Of a stretch of 64,000 nucleotides of DNA, positions 51,881-64,000 are shown piece after piece. Source of the DNA: Octopus sinensis (lineage: Eukaryota); NCBI RefSeq assembly GCF_006345805.1, contig NC_043005.1, positions 99,324,001 through 99,388,000 on the forward strand. Direction: 5' to 3'. The notes beneath the pieces are model-generated. The model had not been told where the DNA came from. It made no database searches and saw only the letters and a list, made by a program, of their open reading frames with translations. Every line of letters begins with the position of its first letter. Position 1 is the stretch's first letter. The translations under genes and the position numbers were made by a program.

Positions 51881-52035
51881 GTTCTTTCAGTTTCAGTCTA
51901 CAAAATCCAGTCACAAGGCTTTGGTCGGCCCGAGGCTATAGTAGAAGACCCTTGCCAAAGGTGCCATGCAGTGGGACTGAACCCGGAACCATGTGGTTGG
52001 TAAGCGAGCTACTTACCACACAGCCACTCCTACGC
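51532..52035 (-). mobile_element. SINE family A with expanded internal TACA/TA tract
   Basis: Family A halves flank about 160 bp of simple repeat. Confidence 0.88.
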
Positions 52036-52105
52036 ATATGTGCAATACATATGTATACACATATATATATACACACACACACACACATATATATACATAT
52101 ACATA

Positions 52106-52329
52106 CAGGGTTGGCCAAAAGTCATCTGACAGTAAATCAAAACCATTTAATTCCAAGATTTATTTATGTTTAACAACTGAATGAATTTAATAAAAGCAAC
52201 TAAATATGAAAATTGTTCAAACTGAAGTCCTTCTTGAACAATATATTTTTCCATTAGAGTCAATACAGAATTACAGATTAGCATTTATGGAATTTTGATT
52301 TACTGTCAGGTAACTTTTGGCCAACCCTG
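52106..52329. mobile_element. Tc1/mariner-type MITE (224 bp)
   Basis: 37-bp TIR cagggttggccaaaagtcatctgacagtaaatcaaaa (35/37 match between ends); TA on both sides (52104-52105, 52330-52331). Confidence 0.9.
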
Positions 52330-52436
52330 TATATAAATATATATAATATATTGTGACCTGTACCCACTTCCTCCAACTAATTACACCTGAAACTCCTCTT
52401 CTTATCTTATCTGTCACACTTCCTCCTTCACCAAAT

Positions 52437-54060
52437 TATATATATATAATATGTATATAAAATAAAATGTATATTATGTATAATATATACATAATATGTA
52501 TATAAAATAAAATGTATATTATGTATAAGATATATATAATATGTATATAATATAAAATGTATATTATATATAAGATATATATAATATGTATATAATATAA
52601 AATGTATATTATATATAAGATATATATAATATGTATATAATATAAAATGTATATTATATATAAGATATATATAATATGTATATAATATAAAATGTATATT
52701 ATATATAAGATATACATAATATGTATATAATATAAAATGTATATTAAATATAAGATATATATAATATGTATATAATATAAAATGTATATTATATATAAGA
52801 TATATATAATATGTATATAATATAAAATGTATATTATATATAAGATATATATAATATGTATATAATATAAAATGTATATTATATATAAGATATATATAAT
52901 ATGTATATAATATAAAATGTATATTATATATAAGATATACATAATATGTATATAATAAAAATGTATATTAAATAAAAAGAATAATAAAAAAAAATAAAAT
53001 AAAAAAAATAATATTTAAATATAAGATATATATAATATGTATATAATATAAAATGTATATTATATATAAGATATATAATAGTATATAATATAAAATGTAT
53101 ATTATATATAAGATATATATAATATGTATATAATATAAAATGTATTTATATATAAGATATACATAATATGTATATAATATAAATGTATATTAAATATAAG
53201 ATATATAATATGTATATAATATAAAATGTATATTATATATAAGATATATATAATATGTATATAATATAAAATGTATATTATATAAGATATATATATGTAT
53301 ATATATAAAATGTATATTATATATAAGATATATAATATGTATATATATAAAATGTATATTATATATAAGATATACATAATATGTATATAATATAAATGTA
53401 TATTAAATATAAGAATATATATAATATGTATATAATATAAAATGTATATTATAGATAATATATATATAATATGTATAATAAGAAACATGTATATTATATA
53501 TAAGATATATATAATATGTATATAATATAAAAATTATATTTATATAAGATAGATATAATATGTAATATATATAAAATGTATATAATATAAGTATACATAT
53601 ATGTATATACTATAAAATGTATATAAATATAAGATATATAGATATTATATAATATAAATAGGATATATAAGATAGTATAATATGTATATATATAAAATGT
53701 ATATTATATATAAGATATATATAATATGTATTAAGATAAAATGTATATTAATATAAGATAAAAAAAAAAATAATAAGATATAAAAAAAAAATATATATAA
53801 GATATACATAATATGTATATATAATATAAAATGTATATTATATATAAGATATTATAATATGTAATATATAAAATGTATATTATATATAAGATATACATAA
53901 TATGTATATAATATAATGTATATAAATATAAGATATATAATAATATGTATATAATATAAAATGTATATTATATATAAGAATAGATATAATATATATATAA
54001 TATAAAATGTATATTATATATATATATATAATATATATTACATATACACATATATATAAC
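52437..54060. repeat. 45-bp AT-rich minisatellite array (~35 units)
   Basis: Unit tataatatgtatataatataaaatgtatattatatataagatata; translates as a 15-aa repeat in the ORF track; A-rich breaks near 52975 and 53760. Confidence 0.92.
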
Positions 54061-55287
54061 ATAGATATGATACATATATGTATAAAATATACATATAGTA
54101 TATGCATATAATATATATGTATATATGTATTATATATATACACACACACACACACATGTACCTATGGATATATATACATGAATGCTTGTGTTTATCAATT
54201 TACGTTCTCATATGTATGTTTGTGTGTGTGTGGTGGGGGAGGTATGTGTGCGGATGCATGCTCGTGCATGAATGGGAGACAATATATCGGGAGAGAAGTA
54301 CAGATGAGTGCAGTGAATTGTATCATGTGGTTACATGGTCGGGAATAATTCTGACATGAATCTAGAGACATATTTAGGCAGAAGTTTTGTTCCAAGCAAA
54401 TTAAAACACATCCTTGCTTCCTCCAACGTAACTTGATTATCGTACCTTTCCAGTGAACAGTGAAAAATGTTCTTGGAATCGACATGTTTACAACAAACTT
54501 CTGTCTGTACTTATTACAAGTTTGCATTGTTGGTTCAGTTCAAGAAAACCTGACATATCTCTAAGAGTAGTTGTGGTGGTGGTGGTGGCAGTGGTGATGG
54601 TAGAACCGTGTGTGTTTGTGTGTCAATAGAAGTTTCTAGTTACATAGTTACAGTGATTTCATTTATTTTCTCCTTGCATTTTTTTTTTTTTTACGGTTTT
54701 AATGGATTCCCAGAAATTTGTGTAAGGAAGTGTAAAAGGAAGAATGGTATGGTTTCTTAGAGTTAATTCTTGCCTGTATTATAATATTTCATCTTCGTAC
54801 AATATATGGTTGAACAGATTGATATAGTCGACATCCAAATAGTTTGCTTGGCATTGTGGAAATATTGTCATATATTTTAGACAATGCATTCACTTTAATT
54901 CATATTGTCATTAGGAGTAAACAGAGTGATAATCTTTGGGCAATTGGGACTGTGTTTCATCCAGGAGGAGATGTATTTCACATCTTCTAACATTAACTAT
55001 AGCAACACTCTTGCTCTTATGAGCTTTCGTGGAAAATGGATATGTCAGATTAATTTCTGATAACAGAGAAAGTTATCTATAACAGAAAAAGTTAGCTATA
55101 AATTCCTTAATTCTGTACGAGAATACAGGGTTAAGGTCTATGTGTGTGTGTGTGTGTCTCTCGGCTATATGTATTAGCACTACTCACAAGTCACAACTTA
55201 TATAATAGTGAATGTAAATGCAATCAGGCACACACACACATACCAACATACATACATACATATATGTGTGATTTATATATATATATA

Positions 55288-55688
55288 CTCTCCCTTTACT
55301 CTCTTTTACTTGTTTCAGTCATTTGACTGTGGCCATGCTGAAGCACCGCCTTTAGTCGAGCAAATCGACCCCAGGACTTATTCTTTGTAAGCCTAGTACT
55401 TATTCAATCAGCATCTTTTGCTGAACTGTTAAGTAACATGGACTTAAACACACCAATATCGGTTGTCAAACGATGGTGGGAAGGGACAAACACAGACACA
55501 CAAACACACACACATACATACATATGACAGGCTTCTTTCAGTTTCCATCTACCAAATCCATTCACAAGGCTTTGATCAGCCCGAGGCTATGGTAGAAGAC
55601 ACTTGCCCAAGGTTCCCCGCAGTGGGACTGAACCCAGAACCATGTGGTTGGTAAGCAAGCTACTTACCACACAGCCACTCCTACGCCT
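55288..55688 (-). mobile_element. SINE family A
   Basis: Full-length match. Confidence 0.88.
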
Positions 55689-55689
55689 G

Positions 55690-55722
<33 letters not shown>

Positions 55723-56132
55723 GTGTATATGTTGATGATGAGATTTTTAAAGTTTCTATCTACCAAGTCCTCTTGGTCAGCCTGGAACTATAGAAGAAGA
55801 CACTTGTCTAAGGTGTAGTACAGTGGAACTGAACCTGAAACCATGTGGTTGGCAATCAAACTTAACAACCATCCAGACATATATATATATATATATATAT
55901 TTTTTTTTTTTGACATAAGATTACTGAATTTGTATGAAATCTTTCCGCATGTGCTTTTAATATTTTTCTTCCAAATTCATTTTTCAATGTGTGCTGTAAT
56001 TTGGTGTTAATTAAATCAAATGTAACACTCACATAAATAGCCTGTTGTCATGGTAATACTTCCTTATATAGCATGATAACTATAACTACGTCCCACACAC
56101 ACTGGTGAGATTAATGGTGTTGATATTAGGAT

Positions 56133-56354
56133 TAAGCTTGGTGGCAAGCTGGCAGAATCATTAGCATGCCAGGTAAAATGTTTGGCTGCACTTCATCTGT
56201 CTTTACATTCTGGGTTCGAATTCTGCCAAGGTTGACTTTTTCTTTCATCCTTTTGGGAGTCGATAGAATAGCTACCAGCTGAACACTGGAGATGATGTGA
56301 TCAACTTAACTCATTCAGCCGGAATTACTGGCTTTGTGCCAAAATTTGAAATCA
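56133..56354 (+). mobile_element. SINE family B, monomer
   Basis: Head and body recognisable; 10-bp TSD atattaggat (56123-56132, 56355-56364). Confidence 0.8.
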
Positions 56355-56460
56355 ATATTAGGATAGAGCTTTTGTAGATTGCATTAAGACGATGAGAGGA
56401 TGTTTTATAGAGATGTGATTATAGGTAAAGGGTATTTGGTGAAAAAGGAAGTGTGATATA

Positions 56461-57222
56461 CAGGGTTGGCCAAAAGTCACCTGACAGTAAATCAAGATGA
56501 TCTCACTCCTAAGGGAATCTTGCATTGCTTATAAACACTATATTTGGAAGGACTCGTATTAAACTCTGTTGGACTTTCAGATTTTACTCAAAGGGTATTG
56601 GAATATTGCATATATACCATTATGCCTATAAAACGGATTTGCAACTTCAATATTCACACATATCTTACATCTATTTTCTTTCCTCCACCTCACTCTTTAT
56701 TTTGTATCACATCTAAACTAACTATGACTTAATTTTCGTCTCACACTGTCTCTGATGAAGGGATATTATTAATTAATATCCTAGAAACAGCTGTAAGACC
56801 TTCTATCTATAAATGTTCTAATATCTATACAGCCTTGGTTTTTTATCTTATTACATAAAAAAATTCTTATATACACACGCTGACATAGAACCAACGTTGA
56901 ACCCTTTATTCACAATATTACCGAATCTGGAACTTAACTATGGTCTGTCTATAGCACTTATTCAGCATTATCTGGCACTTTTGGGTCTCAATAACACCAT
57001 TATCTCTTATAACCTCAGATACCGTAACATTCAATTAATATTCAATTTTGTTTATTCATTCCAATCACGAATGCTTAATACTTAAATGCTGCGAATTAAA
57101 ATCACCCTTTTTCTTCAACATTTGTCTATTTATTAGTGAAATCTCATATAAAGTAAATTTTTGTTTAAATCTTGGAATTAAATGGTTATGATATACTGTC
57201 AGGTGACTTCTGGTTAACCCAG
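56461..57222. mobile_element. Tc1/mariner-type MITE ends enclosing ~670 bp of unrelated DNA
   Basis: The left 35 bp match the 52106 MITE TIR. The right end (57160-57222) is the diverged reverse complement of the MITE's first ~60 bp. TA flanks at 56459-56460 and 57223-57224. Confidence 0.75.
56748..56799 (+). ncRNA. Type I minimal hammerhead ribozyme
   Basis: Stem I gtct/agac; CTGATGA at 56752-56758; stem II gggatatta/taatatcct; GAAA at 56784-56787; palindromic ACAGCTGT; GTA triplet; predicted cleavage between 56795 and 56796. Confidence 0.8.
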
Positions 57223-57365
57223 TATAAGAAAAGATAAGAGGAGTTTCAAGTGTAATGGGTAGGATGAGGTGGGTGCAGATCACAAATTGCAATTTTAGAG
57301 TAGGGGCTGTTGTAGAAGCAGAAGAATGGACAGAGAGGAGACACAGTAAGCTAATTGTCAACCTC

Positions 57366-57590
57366 ATTTAATGTCTGTTTTCCATGCTGGTATGGGTTGG
57401 ATGGTTTTACAGGAACTGGTAAGCTAGAGAACTGTACTAAGCTTCATCAGCTTTGGCATGGTTTCTATGGCTGGATGCCCTGCTTTATGCTAACCACTTT
57501 CCAAAGTGTGCTGGGTGCTTTTTACATGGCACCAGCACCAGTGAGGTCACCAAGTAACTTGCAAGACAAGGACCCCCTCAACTAATGGGT
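57366..57590 (-). mobile_element. RTE tail fragment, diverged
   Basis: catttaatgtctgttttccatgctggtatgggttggatgg...ggatgccctgc. Confidence 0.7.
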
Positions 57591-57671
57591 GGTGGCTTTG
57601 TGTCAAGTGATGAGAGTTTAATCTATGATAGAGGGGCAGACACATGGATCTTGCTGTAGAAGACGCATATC

Positions 57672-57716
<45 letters not shown>

Positions 57717-57895
57717 AGATGTTGGAGAAGATGTGCCAGGGAATACTCTCAAGGTATAGGAGGGAGGTAAATGCAAGTGGAGTGGTACAGAACACTGGAC
57801 AGGGAGAGTAAGCAGGGAGTTCCCGAGAGTGCAAAAGAAGAGTGGGATAGAGGAGAGGAGAAGGGAAATGCAATAAGTGGTGAACAAAATATATA

Positions 57896-58306
57896 CGCGT
57901 AGGAGTGGCTGTGTGATAAGTAGCTTGCTTACCAACCACATGGTTCCGGGTTCAGTTCCACTGCGTGGCATCTTGAGCAAGTGTCTTCCACTATAGCCTC
58001 GGGCTGACCAAAGCCTTGTGAGTGGATTTGGTAGACGGAAACTCAAAGAATCCCGTTTTATATATGTATATTTATATATATATATGCGTGTGTGTGTTTG
58101 TGTGTCTGTGTTTGTCCCCCTAGCATTGCTTGACAACCGATGCTGGTGTGTTTATGTCCCTGTCACTTAGTGGTTCAGCAAAAGAGAGCGATAGTATAAG
58201 TACTGGGCTTACAAAAAATATGTCCCGGGGTCAATTTGCTCAACTAAAGGCGGTGCTCCAGCATGGCCGCAGTCAAATGACTGAAACAAGTAAAAGAGTA
58301 AAAGAG
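57896..58306 (+). mobile_element. SINE family A
   Basis: Full-length match. Confidence 0.9.
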
Positions 58307-58589
58307 AGGTGCAGCAGGATAACAATGATACAGTTGGCAGGGAGAGGACAGAAGAGAGAGATGACAAAGTGGTGTTGGCTTGCAGGAGCAGTGGTTGGGG
58401 AGACAAACGTAGTACATGATGAGAAGGTTTGTTTGGTTCATTAGGTGGTAGTGTTGGCATGTGAATTAGTGCAATATGTCGGTGGAGCACACGTAAAACA
58501 CATTGCTTCCAGGACTCAGTTTTGCTGAGGTGGGTGGGTTTTCTCAAAAACCTCCTATCCCCAGACATCTCAGTCTATTTTCATCTCTT

Positions 58590-59990
58590 CTGTGAGACTC
58601 AACAACTTGAGGTTGGCTCTCGCTACTTCATCACATGTCTTCCTGGGTCTCTTACTTCTGCAGGTTCCATCCACTTTAAGCAGTCAGCACTTCTTTATAC
58701 AGCTGTTCTCATTCATACACATCACATGATCAAACCATTGCAGTTTTCTCTCGCATGCTGCATCTGATTCTTTTGAAGATATGTTGCATGTCCATCAGAG
58801 TATACTAGCTTCATTCCTCCCCAGTCTTCACACGCCCGCTGCATACAGATCTGACAACCATGGAGCATAGCTGTTAGTACATCATTATCAAACAGTCTAC
58901 CTTTTTATTCTGAGGTATTCTTATTCTAGCAACTATACTTTCAGAACATCCCCCTCCACTGTTAATTTTGTCACCAAGGTAAAAAATCAATCTACAACTT
59001 CTAGGAAGCCTCCTGGATATTTGAGAATATATAATTTCCATGTGTTTTTAGTGTTTACTGCTCCTATGCCTCTCTATTAACCAACCTGTGATTCCACCTC
59101 ACCTGTCATGTGTCCATAGTTTGCTCTGAATGCATCAAATGGAATTCCTTCCAACACCTTTTCTATATATTGAGCAGGACCATTTACCTGGCAGAAAGAG
59201 TTGTGTCTGCTTTCATGCTAGCTACAACTTTGGTCTTTGCTAGCTTAACTTTCAGGCCCATGATTCCAGGTTTTGCTTTCACACCTGGAATTTCTTTTCC
59301 AGTTCTGCTACAGATTCTGCTATAAAAGTGATATCCACAGCACATAGTACTTCACATGGACAGTCAGTCTTAAATTTATCTGTTGTGTCCTGGAGGACTT
59401 ATGATGAACAACAAGGGACTGAGAACTGAGGACTGGTAAACTCCTACTTGTACACTAAAATTCATCACTGTACTCATGGCTGACTCTCATCCCACCAAGC
59501 CCCTATACATTGCTTGTATGGCTCTAACAAGCTATTTGTTTACTCCTAAGGTCCATAGAGACCAGCATGTAACAGAATGAGGGACTCTTTTTAAAGGCTT
59601 CCTCCAGGCTGATGAATGCCAAGTACAAAGGATGAATCTCAGTTAGATACTTCCCATGCAGATGTCTCACTAGGAAGATGGCACACAATCAAACTGCATC
59701 ACATTTAGTCTAATTCTGTTCCTATTCAACTGGGCTATAACTCACTCTGTAACTATCATAACCTGGTCCAAGAATTTGATACCTCTGTAATTGTTTCTAT
59801 TCAAGGCATCTGTTTTACCCTTGTAGCAGCTAACTATAAATGCTGCTATAACAGTCATTGGATATGACATCTTTCTGTACCACTTGACTGACTATATGAC
59901 TCATACTTGCCTTCCTATCTGTAATTGCTTTATCCACCACACTGCTGTTAATACTAATGACCAGTTGTGTAACAGTGCTAGATATGTGAG
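58590..59990 (-). pseudogene. Old, heavily decayed RTE RT copy
   Basis: Minus-strand relics PLYLAFISLEEAFKR, LIAESVAELEKKFQV*KQNLES, KWSCSIYRKGVGRNSI*CIQSKLWTH and WFDHVMCMNENSCIKKC...RPRKT, collinear with the 14770 copy. Ends approximate. Confidence 0.8.
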
Positions 59991-60744
59991 CAGAGCTAAA
60001 ATGTGGGGGCTTTTTTGTGTTCTGCATATGATCAAGTTTTCTGCAGTGGTTTATTATCAGTCATATTTCTGATCACTGATAACACAATATCTGGTGTTAA
60101 AATACAAGTATTTCGCATGGTTTATATATTCTACTTCTATGAAAAATTATGCCAACTCTAAAAACCCAGACACTCTTCCCCTGCAGCACCTTGAAATGTT
60201 CATGAGTTCTCAATACTCTGAAGGGGCAATATTGGCTGTCTTGAGAACCAGTTGTATAAAGGAAGTCTCACCTTCGTGACACAGTTTTAGCAAGGTTGTA
60301 TGTTTTCAGTAGTTTACAGCAATTGTCCTCCTTAGCAATCAGGAAGAATATGTAAGATAATTTTGGATCCTTGTTACATTACATATAATTAGCTTCAAAT
60401 AATACACTGCTGAAAACTGAAGGCCAACGTTTATAAATATTAATGATGGCAACAATAACAATAATAATAATAATAATAATAATTCTTTCTACAACAGATA
60501 CAAGACCTGAAATGAAATTTTGGTGGGAGGGTGTTAGTCAGTCTCATCAGTATCAGTAATTGACTGGACAAGTACTTTCAATTATCAACCTTGAAAGTAT
60601 GTTAGGGAAGGTTGACCTTAGTGGGATTTGAACTCAAAATGCAAAAAGGCAGAAAAAAACATTGTTAATCCATTTGTCTGAAGTATTAATAACTCTGCTA
60701 CAATGCAGCCTTGGAAATAGTAAAGGGTTAAAAATGGTAACGAC

Positions 60745-60773
60745 ATGGTATGATGCATGCATATATATATAAC

Positions 60774-60813
<40 letters not shown>

Positions 60814-61103
60814 TATATATATATATATATAAGTATGTATGTATATATGTATATATATATATATTATATATATATATATATATGTATGCATATATATATA
60901 ACACAATATATATATATGTATATATATATATATACACATATACATATGTATATACATATTCTTTATACTTTTCTTTTATTTGTTTCAGTCCTTTGACGTG
61001 GCCATGCTGATACATTATAATATATATTTATATTAAATATAATCATCATAATTTAAGGTCTGTGTCCTCTATGCTGACACTAAGTATATATGTAGGTTGT
61101 GTG

Positions 61104-61140
<37 letters not shown>

Positions 61141-61145
61141 GTACA

Positions 61146-61203
<58 letters not shown>

Positions 61204-61212
61204 TACATATAT

Positions 61213-61246
<34 letters not shown>

Positions 61247-61704
61247 ATATTATAGTATATGTATATATATATATGTACATATATTTATGTATATATATAT
61301 ATATATATGTATATGTATATATGTATATATACACACACCTACATATATACGTATGTCAGCATACAGGACACAGACCTTAAATGAATGAATACACATGCAA
61401 AATATATGTATGTTCATATTTATAAATATATATGTGTATTTATGCATGTATATATATATATATATATATATATATGCATATGTGTGTGTGTGTGCGTGCA
61501 TGTGTGTGTATTTATGACAAAATTTGTGTATGATGGTTTATTCAATCCCTGACTTAGCAGGGGAAGTCACCTTAAACAAGTGTCTTATTTAAATGTATGC
61601 ACACCTGTATTCGTTTGTGTGTGTACCTATGTGTGTATGTGTGCATGTAGTGTGAGTGTGTGGGTATGTGTATATATATATATGTATATATATATACATA
61701 TATG

Positions 61705-61744
<40 letters not shown>

Positions 61745-62235
61745 CACATACGTACAAACATATACATATATACATACATACACACACACACATATTCACA
61801 CAGCTGCACACATAACGCTGCTTATTATTCTTCTGCATGCTCACTTTAGACAGAAACGGCTTTCATTAGAAAAGTGGTAGGTTATTGAAAAATTATGTAA
61901 TGGCATGAGTATATACTGTATGCGTATATGTATGTAAGGTAGGCATGTGATGACCATGCACCGAGTGTGTATATTGTATAGATTGTAACATAGAAGAATG
62001 GTAGATTTATTACTTCCAGAGACAGAACAAATTTAGATAGGAGTATCGGTTGTTTGGTTATGTGTGTGTGTGTGTGTTTAGCTGTTTCAATATCATACAT
62101 CTTTTATGTATGTATGTGTTCATATGAAAGCTGGCATGTAAGTGATATGTATATGACTGTATATGTGCGTGTGTGTGTGTATATGTATGTATGTCTGATG
62201 TTATATATATAATACATATATATATATATATATAG

Positions 62236-62295
<60 letters not shown>

Positions 62296-62333
62296 CATAT
62301 ATATACATACATATTATATATACACACACACAC

Positions 62334-62364
<31 letters not shown>

Positions 62365-62568
62365 ATATATACATATATACATACATATTTATATATACAC
62401 ACACATATATATCTATATATGTATAGATACGCATTAGATTTATGTATTTGGACATCTAATGCTTTATGTGTGTGTGTGTGTGTGTATATTTTTGTATATA
62501 TATTATATATATACATCACACACACACAACACACACACACACACATATATACATACATAGATATTCAT

Positions 62569-62606
<38 letters not shown>

Positions 62607-63426
62607 CATAAAGCTGCTTTGTACATACAGATACATTTATGTGCATATATATATATATTTATATATATGTATATATATATGTATTATATATATATATATA
62701 TATAAATATAAATCTGTATATTTATCTATATACAAATGTACATATGTATATATACATATGCTTTGTGTACATACAGGTACATTTATGTGTATACACACAC
62801 ACATATATATATATATATATGTATATATAAGTTAGGGAAGTATTGGCATGTATTGTTAAATACACACAAAAGCTGATATATATTCGTATACACACTTTCA
62901 TAGACATGTATAGGAGATAAATATGTCACTGCATGTATGATATGTGGAAGAAATTTAACCATGAATGTGTCTGTACACATACATTATATATACATATATA
63001 TGTATATACATACTTATACATATAATATACCTATGTACGTATGTGTATGTTTATATATATATATATACATGTGTGTGTGTGTTTGTGTGTCTGTTTGCAT
63101 GTGTGTGTGTTTGTGTGAAAATAGTCTCATTACCATATAAAACTATGGACTTTTCTTACTCCATGTCCCCCCCTCTCTCTGTCTCCTCCTTCTCCTCCTC
63201 TTAAATATGCAAATATTCTGCCTCCATCTTAGTCTCTAACTTTTAAACTTCTTCCCCTCTGCCTCCTCCTCCTCCCCTTCAACCACATTTTTCTTGGCCA
63301 CCTCCTCTCACTGCTACCATTCTCCAATCTTTCACTAAGAACCCCTCTTACTTCTCTTCTTATTCTGCATTGAAATATCTTAGTTTCCTCCGCCTATTTC
63401 ATTCACACTCATAATACAACAAGCAC

Positions 63427-63496
<70 letters not shown>

Positions 63497-63500
63497 TATC
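60745..63500. repeat. Microsatellite field ((TA)n, (TG)n, (CA)n, TACA)
   Basis: Most of the interval is simple repeat with short unique spacers. Confidence 0.9.
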
Positions 63501-64000
63501 TCTCTATGTATCCATCTTTCTGTCTATATGTGTATATGTGGGTGTGTGTATGGGAGAGTGTGAGAGTACGTGTGAATGTATGTGTGTGTGTATATGAGCA
63601 TATGTGTGAATGTTTGTATGCATGTGTGTTAATATATGTCTGTGTGTGTGTACATCTCTCTCTCTCTCTCTCTCCTGCTCTTTCTCTCCTCCCTCTCTCT
63701 TATGTGAATCTATATTTCTTCATACCTCCTCTCTCTATGTCTCTCTCTTTCACCTCCCACCAATACCGTTGCTACTTTCTATTATCAATTTCACAGTATT
63801 TCCCTAAAATATTTTTACTCTTTCTATTTCTTCTCTCTTTCTTTTTTCTCTCATATATACACATACAAACACAACCACACACACCCACCAATTTGTAGAT
63901 AGATAAATATACGGTTGTGTATACCTCAGTTCCTTCCTCTCACCTTTACCTTTTGCTTTCATTCTCTTTCACCTTCCTTCTATCTCTCCTCCCACTTTTT

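Noticed and set aside
52437-54060. CRISPR-like or protein-repeat interpretation of the 45-bp array
   Set aside because: No unique spacers, no cas genes, eukaryotic context; it is a head-to-tail AT minisatellite.
60634-63204. Many Y/I/C/V/H-rich ORFs (also near 2.5, 32, 44 and 51-54 kb)
   Set aside because: Products of TA, TG and CA repeats, which lack stop codons in some frames.

Overview
AT-rich eukaryotic DNA dense in microsatellites and transposable elements. I found no host protein-coding gene I can support; most short ORFs in the supplied track are translations of (TA)n, (CA)n or (ACC)n repeats. The repeat content (several tRNA-derived SINE families, RTE LINEs with (GAT)n tails, very high microsatellite load) is most consistent with an octopod cephalopod, which is an inference from recall, not a search result. 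The centre (23.1-34.2 kb) is a nested stack. A Penelope-like element (RT, Cys linker and GIY-YIG, with a hammerhead ribozyme in its 3' terminal repeat) is interrupted by a full-length Ty3/Gypsy element (238-bp LTRs differing at 2 sites, CTCAC TSD) and by an internally deleted piggyBac (TTAA TSD). A CR1-group LINE 3' fragment follows it. Most notable observations: (1) three type I hammerhead motifs, one with its predicted cleavage site at the 5' boundary of the Penelope repeat and one carried between Tc1/mariner-type MITE ends; (2) a C4HC3 PHD-type finger inserted inside the RT of an RTE family, seen in two independent copies; (3) a 395-bp near-perfect palindrome; (4) TSD-bounded SINE multimers that share one junction. 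These are mostly variants of known element classes; I cannot claim a wholly new system.
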